Origin: the human T2T-CHM13v2.0 reference genome, Homo sapiens | Strand: one strand, 5' to 3' | Assembly: GCF_009914755.1 (NCBI RefSeq) | Contig: NC_060935.1 | Length of the DNA stretch: 64,000 bases | Shown: positions 48,590 to 64,000 of the stretch, piece after piece | How positions within the stretch are numbered: the first letter of the stretch is position 1 | How the letters are laid out: each line of letters begins with the position of its first letter | Notes under the pieces: generated by a model | What the model saw: the letters and a program-made list of their open reading frames with translations, nothing else | What the model was told of the DNA's origin: nothing | Database searches by the model: none | Program-made: the position numbers and the translations under genes

Positions 48590-48830
48590 CTAACATTTCC
48601 TAAGTTAACACTAACCATTTGCCAGGCCCTTCTAAGAGCCTTGTATATGATCTCCTTTATTCATCACAAAAACCCCATGAGGCACATACTGTTATAACTC
48701 ATTTTACAAAAGAAGAAACTGAAACACAAATGTTTAAGTGACTTAGTCACATAGAGAGTGGCAGACCCTGCAATCTAACCTAGGTAGTCTGACTCCAGAG
48801 GCCACACTCTAAATTGTGATATCTGCTTTA
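48590..48830 (-). mobile_element. MIR
   Basis: cattttacaaaagaagaaactgaaacaca...taagtgactt core. Confidence 0.75.
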
Positions 48831-49069
48831 AAACTTGAATCCATTTGGAATTAATTTGGTAAAAGTATAAGCTAATGATTTTAACTAATTTTTCCCAAAT
48901 ACTAAGTTATCTCAATCCATCTGAATAAAGTAACATTTCCTAAACTACCAATATTAGTGTATTACCCATACTCATATTTTTAGTTTTTTGTCAGTCTGCA
49001 CATTTAAGCTTTATATATCACTAAACTGCTTTTTAATAGCCAGATCTGACATTTGGATAATGGGGTTTT

Positions 49070-50429
49070 GTTGTTGTTGTTGTTTTACTTTAAGTTCTGG
49101 GATACATGTGCAGAATGTGCAGGTCTGTTACTTAGGTATACATGTGCTGTGGTGGTTTGCTGCATCTGTCAACCCATCATCTAGGTTTTAAGCCCCACAT
49201 GCATTAGGTATTTGTCCTAATGCTCTCCCTCCCCTTGCCCCCATCCCCTGACAGGCCCTGGTGTGTGATATTCCCCTCCCTGTGTCCATGTGTTCTCATT
49301 GTTCAACTCCCAATTATGAGTGAGAACATGCAGTGTTTGGTTTTCTGTTCCTGTGTTAGTTTTCTGAGAATGATGGCTTCCAGCTTCACCCATGTCCCTG
49401 CAAAGGACACGAACTCATCTTTTTTATGGCTGTGTAGTATTCCATGGTGTATATGTGCCACATTTTCTTTATTCAGTCTATCATTGATGGGCATTTGGGT
49501 TGGTTCCAAGTCTTTGCTATTGTGAATATTGCTGCAATGAACATACGTGTGCATGTGTCTATATATAAAGAAATGTGCCACATTTTTTTATCCAGTCTGT
49601 CATTGATGGGCATTTGGGTGGTTCTAAGTCTTTGCCATGGTGAATAGTGCTGCAACAAACATATGTGTGCATGTGTCTTTCTAGTAGAGTGATTTATAAT
49701 CCTTTGGGTATATATCCAGTAATGGGATTGCAAGATCAAATGGTATTTGTGGTTCTAAAACCTTGAGGAATTGCCACCCTGTCTTCCACAATGGTTGAAC
49801 TAATTTACACTCCCATCAACAGTGTAAAAGCATTCCTATTTCTCCACATCCTCTCCAGCATCTGTTGTTTCCTGACTTTTTAATAACCAACATTCTAACT
49901 GGCGTGAGATGGTATCTCACTGTGGTTTTAATTTGCATTTCTCTAATGATGATGAGCTTTTTTTCCACATTTATTGGCAGCATAAATGTCTTCTTTTGAG
50001 AAGTGTCTGTTCGTATTATTTGCCCACTTTTTGATGGTGTTGTTTGTTTTTTTTTTCTTGTAAATTTGTTTAAGTTCCTTGTAGATTCTAGATATTAGAC
50101 CTTTGTCAGATAGGTAGATTGCAAAAAATTTCTCCCATTCTGTAGGTTGCCTATTCACTCTGATGATAGTTTCTTTGGCTGTGTAAAAGCTCTTTAGTTT
50201 AATTATATTCCATTTGTCAGTTTTGGCTTTTGTTACAATTGCTTTTGGTGTTTTAGTCATGAAGTCTTTGCCCATGCCTATGTCCCGAATGGTATTGTCT
50301 ACGTTTTCTTCTGGGGTTTTTATGGTTTTGGGTTTTACATTTGTCTTTAATCCATCTAAGTTAATTTTTGTGTAAGGTGTAAGGAAGTGATCCAGTTTCT
50401 GTTTTCTGCATATGGCTAGCCAGTTCTCC
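49070..50429 (-). mobile_element. L1PA7/8-like 3' fragment with internal duplication and (TTG)n tail
   Basis: TSD core ggataatggg (49055-49064, 50430-50439). Confidence 0.9.
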
Positions 50430-50497
50430 GGATAATGGGTTTTTTTTTAAGGATATATAGGCTTGTTAACTTGTTAACTTTATTTCTACATACACAC

Positions 50498-50529
<32 letters not shown>

Positions 50530-50614
50530 CACACACACAAAGACATCACATAAATTCAACACATAAATTTTAAAAATTTGCAGTTCTTTTTTTCTCTTTT
50601 TATTCTCAAATTTT

Positions 50615-50936
50615 CTTTATTTTATTTTTCCATAAGTTTTTGGGGTACAGGTGATATCTGGTTACATGAGTAAGTTGTTTAACGGTGATTTGTGAGATTT
50701 TGGTGCACTCATCACACATGCAGTATACACGGCACCATATTTTTAGTCTTCTATCGCTCACCCCACTCCCACTCTTCCCCCCAAGTCCCCAAAGTCCGTT
50801 GTATCATTCTTATGCCTTTACGTCCTCATAGCTTAGCTCCCACATATCAGTGAGAACATCTGATGCTTGGCTTTCCATTCCTGAGTTACTTTACTTAGAA
50901 TGATAGTCTCCAGTCTCATCCAGGTCTCTGCAAATG
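50615..50936 (-). mobile_element. L1PB 3' end
   Basis: ggttacatgagtaag...ggtgatttgtgagattttggtgcac L1PB1-type 3'UTR. Confidence 0.82.
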
Positions 50937-52224
50937 TTAAGTGATGCATCTGCTGATAAAGCTCTTGAAAAGTATTTCATAGTGGCATTGCTGAAACAAG
51001 TCACTTCTAGCAGTATTTTCGTCTTCATCTGATTTGTGTCATTTATAAGATTTTTTTAAAGACTGTTTCCTTTTGCCCCTATTTTGAAGCCAGATACAAC
51101 AGAGTATGCAATGTATAGGGATTTAAAGTAGATTAGTGGTTAGGACTAGGGATGGGAATAGAGAGTGACTGTAAATGGGCATGAAGTTCCTTTCTAAGGT
51201 GATGGTAATGTTTCAAAATTAGACTGTGATGATGGTTGGAAAATTCGGTGAGCATACTAAAATTTATGATATTTTACACCTAAAATAGGTAGATTTTATG
51301 GGATATAAATTATGTCTCAACAAACCAATGTTTTATAAAAGCAACCCTATGCTCACTCAAAAGAAAACACATGCACAAGGAAGGTGGGATATTGAAAAGT
51401 GCTGATATTAACCATGAAGAATAAGCCTCAAAAATGTTGTCAAGTTGGGATAAATATGGAGATAATTAGAATTTGAGAGCTATTCACTGTTGTCCTCAAA
51501 CAGACATTATCTTACAATAAGCATGTTGACTATGGGATCTATTGTGAATGAAAGGAAATGTTGGGAATGTATTGTTAAAAAATATGTTACTAAAGTCATA
51601 TGTGATTGGGGTTTGAATAGAATTTTTAGTTGTTAGAGAATAGAAATCCCTTTGTAACATCTAAGTATGTTTCCAGTTTCTGTGCATTTGTATTCCATAT
51701 TTTTGAGATACTTATGTACCAACATAGTAGATTTTACTGTATACTTTGATAGACTTTTGTACTTTGTGTTTTTCCATTGATCTTCACTTTTCTGATAGCA
51801 GTAGGCTGATATTATCATTAAAGCCGCTTAATAATACACTTTACTATCCAGTAAGATAAATTCCTCATCTTATTCTTATAAATGTTAAAGAGATTGGTTG
51901 TTTCATTCATTTGATCTTGCAAATAAACCTTTAAATCAATTAGAAAATATATTTAAAATAAATAGTGGTCTTGCTCTGGAATTTACTTATATATAATTTT
52001 GATATGAATGAACATCTTTACAACATGAAATGTTTCCTTCCAGGAGCATAGACTATCTCCACTTACTCTATTCTTTTAAAATAATCATCTAATAAAATTT
52101 TGTAAACTTTAAAAATCTAGATTCATAATTTTTAAGATTTTTTCTATGTACATTATATTTTTGCTGCCATTGAGAGTGGGATTTTTTTATTTCTTAAATC
52201 TCTTATATATAGAAAAAAAGCTGT

Positions 52225-53325
<1,101 letters not shown>

Positions 53326-54366
53326 CCTTTTTTCCCCATTTTTAGTTGTGTTGTTTATCTTTGGATTTGTGATTTGTAGGAATTCTTTATTTTTATATAC
53401 TTATTCTTAGCCACTGGTCTCATTAGTTTCAATAGTTCTTCACTTGGTTATATTGGATTTCCAGCTAAGCAATTATATGCTCTTTGAAAAATTATATATT
53501 TGCTTCTCTTTTGCTGTAATTTTACCTTTTACGTGTTTTATTATTTTATGGCATAAGCTGGAACCTCCCAAACTGTTGAGTAATTGTGGTGACAGCCGAT
53601 ACTGATCCTGAATATAATGATAATGTTATTAGTGTTACAGTATTAGGTTTTATATTTATTTTTATTAGGAATGGATGCTAAATATTCCCCAATATTTTTC
53701 TATTGAGATGTTTGCATAATTTTTCTCCTTCAGTTCATTAATATGATTTATTATATTCCTAGTTTACTAATTTTGAAATATCCATGCCTCTGGGATAAAT
53801 CCTACTTGGCCGACGTGTATTCTTAATACTGATAGATTTTATTCATTAATACATTATATAGTATTTTAAAATTATATTCACATAAGAATTGACCTATAGT
53901 TTTGTTTGCATCCTTTGTTGTTATTGTTTTGATGGATATGCTTCCTTGTTTTGTGCATCTTTGTCTGATACTGGTTTCAGGGTTATACTAAACTTAATAG
54001 AAGAGTTGGAGCATTGTTATTATTTTCTCCTCTGGAATGTATTTTTTAATACATCAGCTACACGTGTTATTTTATCATTCCCATTCCCCTATTTCACCCT
54101 TGAGAGATTTTTCCCTACCTCACCTCTCCTCTTCCTATATTGTTATACTGGCATATGTCGAGCTCTGGAGGTTCCTAAGGCTCCCTGTTTTACCTGCTCT
54201 GGAAACTGCTCTTGGTTCCCCTGCTGCCAAGCATAGGCTTTGTCTCTGTTCCAGAGGCCCTGAGTTGTTCAGATTTGTATTTTATTTTGGAATAAGCCCT
54301 CATGAACTAAGCTGCAGGGTGTACCTAGGGCAGCAATAAACACAGTTCTACTGGCCCTGAGCCATG

Positions 54367-54447
54367 TAATAGGTTGAACATATGAAACTCCCCATATCCC
54401 ACCAGTTTCAACCTACAAAAATGGCAGTTTCACATAACTCAGAATAA
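54367..54447. mobile_element. MADE2-like mariner MITE
   Basis: taggttgaacatatgaaact...acctacaaaaatggcagtttca. Confidence 0.7.
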
Positions 54448-54637
54448 TGCCTGGACTCCCTCCTCCAGATGTTTGGAAGCACCTGGAGGGTGGGAAAGCC
54501 TTAAATTTTCTCTGTTAGAGACCTTGGAAGGAGATGCCTGCAATTGTTGTAATTGGGACACTTCGTTTGGGGGAAAGGCTTCCTGATGAACATGTCCAAC
54601 ATTCTTTTTACATTTTTCTAGATTGTCCTAGAGAGTT

Positions 54638-56549
<1,912 letters not shown>

Positions 56550-56940
56550 CCACTCTAGCCACACTAGCCTCCATGCTGTTGCTCAGGGTTGTTTTCCCTG
56601 CCTGAACCACTTCCCCCTAGATATTCACATGGCCTGCTCCCTCACTTCCTTCAGGTCTCCTCTTAGATCTTCGAGGTCTTCCCTGACCATCCTGCTTAAA
56701 ATTTTATTTCTTTCTGCTGGGTGCTGTCTCCCTTTTCTAAAAGTAACAGTTTTCACCATTTAATATACAATATAGTTTACTTATTTAATATGTTAACTGT
56801 CTGAGTTCTAGAATGGCAACTTGCATGACAACTCTACTATGTCACACATTCTTATTCACCTCTGCTTTGTATTCCCAGCACCTAGTATAATGCATGGTAC
56901 ATGGTAGATATTCAACAAATATATTTAATAAATGAATGAA
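56550..56940 (+). mobile_element. L2a 3' end
   Basis: cctcacttccttcaggtctc...tagatattcaacaaatatattt...aatgaatgaa. Confidence 0.82.
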
Positions 56941-56964
56941 AAATTTTAAAGTGAAAACCTACCT

Positions 56965-57125
56965 GTTTCTCTTTCTCTCTCTCTCCCTCTTCTCTTTCTC
57001 TCTTTTTCTCTTTATCTCTTCCTTTCTCTCTCTCTATCTCTCTTTCTCTCTCCCTCTTTCTTTCCTTCCTTCCTTCCTTCCTTCCTCCTCCCCTCCCCTC
57101 TCCTCTCCTCTCCTCTCCTTTCTTC
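56965..57125. repeat. Polypyrimidine low-complexity tract (CT/CCTT/CCTCT)
   Basis: Direct read. Confidence 0.92.
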
Positions 57126-58292
57126 AGCATGTCCAGATTCTCCCCAACCTCCTACAAAGCTGCCTTAGCTTGTATTCCCAGTAAATGAGAGCAATGCCTT
57201 TGTGGAAAGAAGAGCAGATTCCTACACACCATAGACTAAGTCATGGAATTTCCCAAGTCATCAGGGCTACTCTGGTGCCCTAGTTTGTCAGCCAAACCAT
57301 CTCAGCACATGGAATGACCTTGGGCTGTTACCAAGAAGTGGATTCCCTGTAGCAGTTGGCTTACTCTTTCTAGAAAGGCCTGTTAGTCTCTAATATAGCA
57401 TTGGGTAGAGCAAACTGCAGACCTCTGCTACATCCCGGGAATTGAAATGGGAGGCTTGTTCTAAAATTCTCATAGGAATTTTTAACACACTCTAAAAATG
57501 TCCACCTTTGAATGAAGATTTAGGGTCAGAGAGAGCATACAGGGATGGAAAGTATCTTCCAGACTGATTTTTGACACTGGTGAACTTTGTGACCATGGGC
57601 AAGCTGTTCAACCTCTCTGATGATATGTGATCATTCCCTGCAGCCCAAAGCCATTCCATTTAAAAAGGATATCTTATTTGTTTTCTTTCCAGTGTAATTA
57701 TGTCCACAACATAGAAAATGCCTCTAGCATGTTTGTATCTCCTTTATCTAGTATGTAGATAACAACATAAGAGTATCTTTGAATGAGAGTTGAGTGGTGG
57801 AGAGAAGTCCCTGATGTCAACTGTCCCTGATCAACCTATTGTTCCCTTCCTGTAGAGACTACTGCTATTCATCCATTGATGTACTGAGTTCATGAATTAT
57901 GGACCCACTCTATGCCAGGCACTGTTCTAGGAGGTGAGGGTACAACCCAGAGAATTAGTTAACATATGTATTTCAGACACTGTGCTAAACACTTTACATA
58001 TATCAGTTTATTTAACTAGAAAGAGAGTGAGAGAGAATTATTATTGTCTCTATTTGAAGCACATCTGAGAAGTCTTGATTATTCCTAAGCTACCTTTTAT
58101 TGGAACAAAGCCTTTTGTTTCCCTCAAGAGTTTTAGGAAATTGCACTGGACCCAGAGGGAAGTGTTCTTCAATGCCTGTGCTTGGAGGAAAGGCAGATCC
58201 TCTTTTACTAAAGCATCATTTGCCCTATTTCACAAGCAGGATTCAGTCAAGGTAGCTTCTCTTTCTTTATTTTTTTTTCTTTTTCCCACCAG

Positions 58293-58327
58293 CTTCAAAC
58301 GCAAAAATAAGTTCCTGCTGATAAAAG
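58293..58327 (+). pseudogene. 35-nt exon remnant, repeat 3
   Basis: Very strong acceptor and aag|GTGAGA donor; (V)FKRKNKFLLIK; phases fit both neighbours. Confidence 0.7.
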
Positions 58328-59539
58328 GTGAGAGGCAAGGCCATCTCTTGGCCCTTCCACAAGGGTGGAAACATTGCATGGAAAAGGGAAGAATCTGGAG
58401 ACACTTAATTCCCAGTCCAGCTCCTCCAGTTTCCCTCATATCTCCGCCACACAAGAGAAGAGAATATGGCCACTTCCCTCTTTACTAGCCACTAAGAGCT
58501 TCTTAGTCTATGCATGGGCTCCCCACTTGGGAATGGTATAGGCTCTGTAGTCAGACTGCCTGGTTGGGGCATGGCTTCAGCACTAACTAGCTATGTGAGC
58601 TTGGACAAGTTAATTAACCTCTGACTCTGGATTCTTCTCTATAAAAAGGCCATAGCCCAAGGTAAAAGTGCCAAAAGGAAGAAGATATAGCTCCTGCCTT
58701 CAGCATCTCAGAGTGGCAAATATATCAAATTCCATGTGGTAATAGGAACATAGGCAGAGAATTACCAAAGCAGAGAGCACAGGCTAGGAGAGGCCCTGAA
58801 GATTGCACAGAGAGGTCTGGGTCTTCAAAGATACAAAAAAAAAAAAAAAATTACCAGCAGAGAAGTGAGCAGGAGTTATTCAGGAAGAAACAGCACACAA
58901 AGAAATGAAAGAGAAGGTTTGCGATGAGTCAGAAGGTGGGTGTGGGGGTTAAGAATAGTTTAGCCTGATTGGAGAATTGAGTATGTTAGGAGAAAGAACT
59001 GCTGGAAAAGTCATTTTTTATATAATATGCTAAGGAATTTGGAATTTAACCTAAGAGCACCCAATATCCATGGAACGATTTAAGCTAGGAGTGAAATAAT
59101 CAGATCTGTGTTTACACAGAGGATGCATTGGAAGAGGTAAATTGCTCCTGAGTAATCTTTCAGAGACTGAAGGAAAAGAGTTGTAATCAGCACACATTTT
59201 ACAGTTAGAATGAACATGACTTGGTGACCCAAGTACTAAGCTCTAAGAGTTACATGGTAATTGTGATGGAGGAACAGTTGATGGAGATGGAAGAGGGATG
59301 AGGGAGGTGCATAGTGCTCCTCTCCAGGGAAACATTTAAAAAAAAAAAAGAAAAAAAATCCTATGTCCTATGAGTATCCATGGAGCAAGTCTCCACCCAT
59401 GGTAGAATAAAATATTGCCTTTTTCTTTATGATTGTTCATACTACTGAGAATGTTGGCTTAATTCACTTGCTGCCATGCTTCTCTTTAGAAGGCATCTTT
59501 ACTAGAGAATCTCATCATCCCGTCTCCCATAAACTGCAG

Positions 59540-59594
59540 GAATTCTTAGTTTTGATGGGAAATTTCAGGATGACGAAGATGCTGAGAATGCAAG
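59540..59594 (+). pseudogene. Exon remnant, repeat 3
   Basis: ctcccataaactgcAG; (G)ILSFDGKFQDDEDAENA; phase-1 start as for exon 2018-2079. Confidence 0.6.
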
Positions 59595-59902
59595 GTCAAT
59601 TCAAAATTATTTCCAGCTCATCTTAATGTGTTCTTTTCTTCAAAAGCCGATAAAACACACTGTGGCAGTCAGAGCTAGCAAACAACACTCAGTTCTAAGG
59701 ATGCTTTGATATTCCCACAGCTTTTAAATAAAAAACAATTTTTCATCTCCAGTTACTTTTGGGTTTTTTCTTATTGAGTATTGGTAGATTTGTAAAAAAA
59801 TGAAAATAAAAAAGTCTTTTCAGAATAGGTTCTTAACATCAAATTAAATGCTAAAGCCTTTCTGTAGCCCTTTAACTTTGAAAACTGCTGTCTTTGTTTT
59901 AG

Positions 59903-60340
59903 CCAAGGACTCTCCTTGACTAGACATGCTCCCTGGGGAAATAGGCAGAGTTTTAAAAATCATGTTTGAATTTCAAAGTATCTATTAAGAAAGCATGTTA
60001 GAAAAAATAAGAGGTTTCCAGTACCCCAAATTCCTGTGTCAGGTGCACCAAGGATTGAAAGGCTTCACCTCCTTTTTCCCATATCCCCTTTTAAAGTACA
60101 TGTGTTCCTGGGATGCTGAATTAAGCATTATTATTCAACAGCCCTCATCATTTCTGGTCTCTCAGTCTCCGTATCTTCCCCTCAGATACAATGCATACTC
60201 CAAACAGATTGTGGTTTTAGACTGTGATAGAGAAGAATATTTTAAATCTTCTTGTGTCTTCTCCTTGTTGGTCTTCATTCTAATCATTGGAATCATGAAG
60301 AAGTTTAGTTTCTCTTCTGTGTGACTGACACCCCTCCAAA
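59903..60340 (+). pseudogene. Exon remnant(s), repeat 3 core (overlaps ORF 59995-60324)
   Basis: Acceptor tctttgttttAG then QGLSLTRHAPWG; downstream LLKYMCSWDAELS (vs repeat 2 LLMYWAQLDAL), YSKQIVVLD (vs repeat 1 FAKDMVVLD), LVFILII (vs QGFIPFV). Internal boundaries unresolved. Confidence 0.62.
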
Positions 60341-60485
60341 TTTGTGCTGACAGGAATCTTGTGTTTCTTTAATGTTTAATTTAAATCTTAATAGTTCCTC
60401 ATTACTCCTTATGTAATCCTGACCCTCTCTCATGGTGGTTACTCAACTGTCTTTCATCTGCTTACATATCTCTAAAATTGAGATT

Positions 60486-61370
60486 ACCATCCAAAAGGCA
60501 GGCAATAACAAATGCTGGCGAGGATGTGGAGAAAAGGGAATGCTTGTGCACTGTTGATGGGAATGTAAGTTAGTATAACCACTATGGAGAGCAGTTTGGA
60601 GGTTCTTCAAAAAGCTAAAAATTGAGCTACCATATGATCCAGCAGTCCCACTGCTGGGTATATACCCAAAAGAAAGTAACTCAAAATATTAAAGAGATAT
60701 CTGCACTCTTATGTTTGTTGCAGCACTGTTTATAATAGCTAAGATTTGGAAACAACCTAAGTGTCTATCGAGAGATGAATGGATAAAGAAAATGTGGTAC
60801 ATATACACAATGGAGTACTACTCAGCCATAAAAAGGAATGAGATCCTGTCATTTGCAACAACACAGATGGAACTGGGGATCATTATGTTCAGTGAATTAA
60901 GCCAGGCACAGAAAGACAAACATCATATGTTCTTATTTGTGGGATCTAAAAATCAAAATACTTGAACTCATGGAGATAGAAAGTGGAAGGGTGGAAAGGT
61001 GGGAAGGGTAGTGAGGGGCTGGGGGAGTGTGGGGATGGGTAATGGGCACAAAAAAATTAGAATGAATAAGACCTACTATTCGATAGCACCATAGGGTGAC
61101 TATAGTCAATAACTTAATGTACATTTTTAAATAACTTAAAAAGTATAATTGGATTATTTGTGACTCAAAGGATAAGGGGATGGATACCTTATTTGAGGGG
61201 ATGGATACCTCATTTTCCATGATGTGCTTATTTCACATTGCATTCCTGTATCAAAACCTCTCAGGCACCCCATAAGAATATATACCTACTTTGCACCCAC
61301 CAAAATTTACAAAAATAAAAAAATATATAAGTAGCACAGCAAAAAATAAAAACAGAAAATAAAAAAATAA
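60486..61370 (+). mobile_element. L1MA-type 3' fragment
   Basis: ORF2 end (60711-60965) and L1MA 3'UTR with A-rich tail; flanking aaaattgagat / aaaattaagat. Confidence 0.85.
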
Positions 61371-61399
61371 AATTAAGATATTCAGAAAAGAATTAATGT

Positions 61400-62035
61400 C
61401 TCTAGTGGGTTATGGCTGGTGCACATCCCTTTCTGTCCAGACTATACCTCTACTGATACAGCCTAAAGCAAAATGAGTTTCTGGTAGCCATATCGCATTT
61501 TGATTCAAAATAAGACTAAACCATAAAGCCTTTTATTTTCACATGCATTAGGTTGCATCTACTTCAGATGTTGTATCATTGACTTTTTAGGCCCTCAGAT
61601 AATTTATCTTGATACATTTATATTGTTAGGCCTTATTGATCTTACCTATCTGTCAGAATCTTTATGGATCTTGATTCTGTACTCCAGTGTACTTATTATG
61701 CCTAGTGTGCCATACCGAAATTCTATTTCTCCTTCTAAACAATTGATAAAATTACAGAACTGGATAATACTTAGGTTGTTGAATCATTCGTGGCATGCTT
61801 TAGCTATGGTTGTCAAACTAGATTATAAATTCACCTCATTTTACTATCATCTGGTCTCAATCTATCCAGATCATCCATAAGGGTATCAGGAGAGAGCTTA
61901 CCAGATGTTGTGTCAAGGTCCACATTTACTGTGCCTACAACAGCTCCCTAATATGTGAGTCCAATAGCCTAAGTTAAAAAAAAGGAGGTGATATTGGTCT
62001 GGTATCATCTGCTTTTAATGAATCTATTGGGACAC
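61400..62035 (-). mobile_element. L3/CR1 fragment
   Basis: aaaaaggaggtgatattggtctggtatcatctg...aatgaatc CR1-like motif. Confidence 0.45.
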
Positions 62036-62170
62036 AATGATTTTTAGGGGTTCAGAAACCATACTTTTTAATCAATCCCAGTAGCATGCATGAGATGAGC
62101 ACTGAGCTTACTTTTCCAAGAAAAGGACTGAGCTCTTTACATTTACCTATATGGTTTCCCTCTCTGCCAG

Positions 62171-62287
62171 TTAGGGTCCTTGGCCACTGCCCTGTGGTGA
62201 AGCTCTGCCCTGTCATCCTAGACAGTGGGCCCCTATGGAGCAGAAAGAAGCCAGTTGCCTCTAGTACTGAGAAAAGCAGAGTACCTG
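62171..62287 (+). pseudogene. Open 117-nt exon remnant, repeat 3
   Basis: ttccctctctgccAG ... ctg|GTAAGC; RVLGHCPVVKLCPVILDSGPLWSRKKPVASSTEKSRVP; shares CP..L....W...K.VAS..E...P with 28565-28665. Confidence 0.75.
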
Positions 62288-62468
62288 GTAAGCCCTCAGT
62301 GAGATATTGTTGGCTAAGTTTGTCACAGAAGAGAGTGTCTGCCAAATGTACCACACCTTCCCTGACTGTTTGGGACGTGTTTTGAAATGTGAAAGACTCA
62401 AATCCCAGCAGTGCAAAGCTGGACATCATGTCATTCAAGACAAGCTAGAGCTGTCTCTTTTTTTACAG

Positions 62469-62810
62469 GAAGGCACAGAGGTTACTGAGATTGAGCAATT
62501 ATTACACTTATTGTCATTAAATTCTTCTTTGTGTTATTGTTATTATCAATCCCATCTGCCACTGCAGCTCTAGGATACAAGCAGCTTCCTACGTGGTGGA
62601 TATGAGATAGGAGCCTTCCAGCCACTGGTACTCCAGAAGCCTTTGGAGGAGGGGAATCCCAATCATGTGGGGAAGGAAGGAACTATAATGTCTCATCATC
62701 TCCACAAGCAGAACCAAGCCTTTTCTGAAGCCTTTTGTGGGCACTCACCTGTGTGTCAGTGCATCAGCCCAGACTGGGAAGCCCAGACTCAGAGTCATGT
62801 TGCAGTGTAG
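62469..62810 (+). pseudogene. Exon remnant(s), repeat 3 C-terminal bundle
   Basis: ctctttttttacAG; KAQRLLRLSNY / QSHLPLQL*DTS ... PLVLQKPLEEGNPNHVGKEGTI ... VCQCISP, matching repeats 1 and 2. Confidence 0.58.
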
Positions 62811-62959
62811 GCATGAGGATATGTAAACAAGCAACTGAGGCTCCCTTCTATGCTGTGCAACTCGTGTATGACATAGGATCCTATGATATTAGCTTGTCAT
62901 AGCAGCCATCCTGCCCAATGGTCTCACTTCTCCTTTTGCCTTCATTGTTCTACAGTAGC

Positions 62960-63385
62960 GCATGTGAGAGAGATGGTGGTATCTTAAGATAGGGTAGCAC
63001 TATGGAAAAGGAGAAAATTGGACAAATTCTAGACATTTTTGGAAGTATAAATGTCATGACTTGCAGATGTGGGAAGCTGAGAGAAGAGGGGCAATAGAGA
63101 TATGATGACTACCAGATTTTTAGCTTTAGCCACTGAGAGGAATTTTTTTTTTCCAAACTGAGATTCATCTTGCCTTCAGGCAACTTAGGTAGGAAGGCTG
63201 TGAGCAAGGGAGGAAAAATTAGCTCCATTTTCAAAATATTAATAGTGAGTTGCTTATTTGATCACTAAATAAGAAAACACTTGTATATATGAGTCTATGG
63301 TGCATGGAAGAGATATAAATGTTGGAGTCATTCACATATAAATGGCATGTTAAACCAGGGAACTGGAGAAGATCAGATAAGATGG
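62960..63385 (-). mobile_element. L2 fragment
   Basis: gagaaaattggacaaattctagacattttt...gatgactaccagattt. Confidence 0.6.
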
Positions 63386-63594
63386 CGATGTGAATGCTTT
63401 TCGTTGACCGTAAGGAGCTTTGCACATAATGTGATGTTGTTATCTTGTCCATTCCTAGCTGAACATATCATTGGCCAAAGAAAATTATTTTCAAATTGGG
63501 GCTAGTCCTAGGTAATTAGACCTGGAAGCATTTGAGGGAGTAATTCAGAAAGAGAAAAGGAGTGGGCTGATCCCAGACCCTTCCCATCCCATGG

Positions 63595-63903
63595 CCCTGT
63601 GAGGCTGCGGAGCTTGCCGGAGCCCCAGCACCAGCTCAGAAATTGTCATCCTCCAGGCACACTTCCAATTCAATTAATCATGTTAATATCTATAAGTAAA
63701 GTGCAGTCAACAGTTACTTTAACAGTGAATGCTAATTATTAGTAGGATCCATCGCTTAAGAAGGACTTTTTGCCAATCTTGTCATGTCTGGGGAAAATAT
63801 CAGGAATAGAGTTGGCATTTCTGAGAAAATAGGATGATCAAACTATTAACGTCGTCCATGTTATAGGTGGACCCGGCTTGGACCATCAGTGTGATTATTA
63901 CAG
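63595..63903 (+). pseudogene. Two exon remnants encoding start of a JAB/MPN-like domain
   Basis: ...SINHVNIY|GTAAAG (end 63695), then KKDFLPILSCLGKISGIELAFLRK*DDQTINVVHVIGGPGLDHQCDYY|GTGAAG. Confidence 0.42.
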
Positions 63904-64000
63904 GTGAAGATTAAGGACACTTGAGAGAAATGTTACAATTAAGATTTCCTCTCCCCTTGCTAAATAAATGGTTTCTTGCTGTTGCCTCTCACAATGGTTT

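Overview
Repeat-rich primate (human-like) genomic DNA, dominated by LINE-1 (L1PA2/3/7/15-16, L1PB, L1M), L2, MIR, Alu (J, S, Yd), ERV/MaLR LTRs and small DNA transposons. The longest ORFs are L1 fragments and I see no intact host gene. The non-repetitive islands between repeats carry about 27 + strand exon-like segments. Spliced in order, they rebuild a heavily disabled multi-domain protein: three tandem Mab-21/cGAS-like nucleotidyltransferase-fold repeats, an EVH1/WH1-like domain between repeats 1 and 2, and a probable JAB/MPN-like domain starting at the right edge. The three repeats are recognisably similar to each other within the window. Stops, frameshifts and mutated splice donors indicate an intron-containing (possibly unitary) pseudogene that I cannot name. 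Domain assignments are by eye from remembered family sequences and need profile-HMM or structure confirmation.
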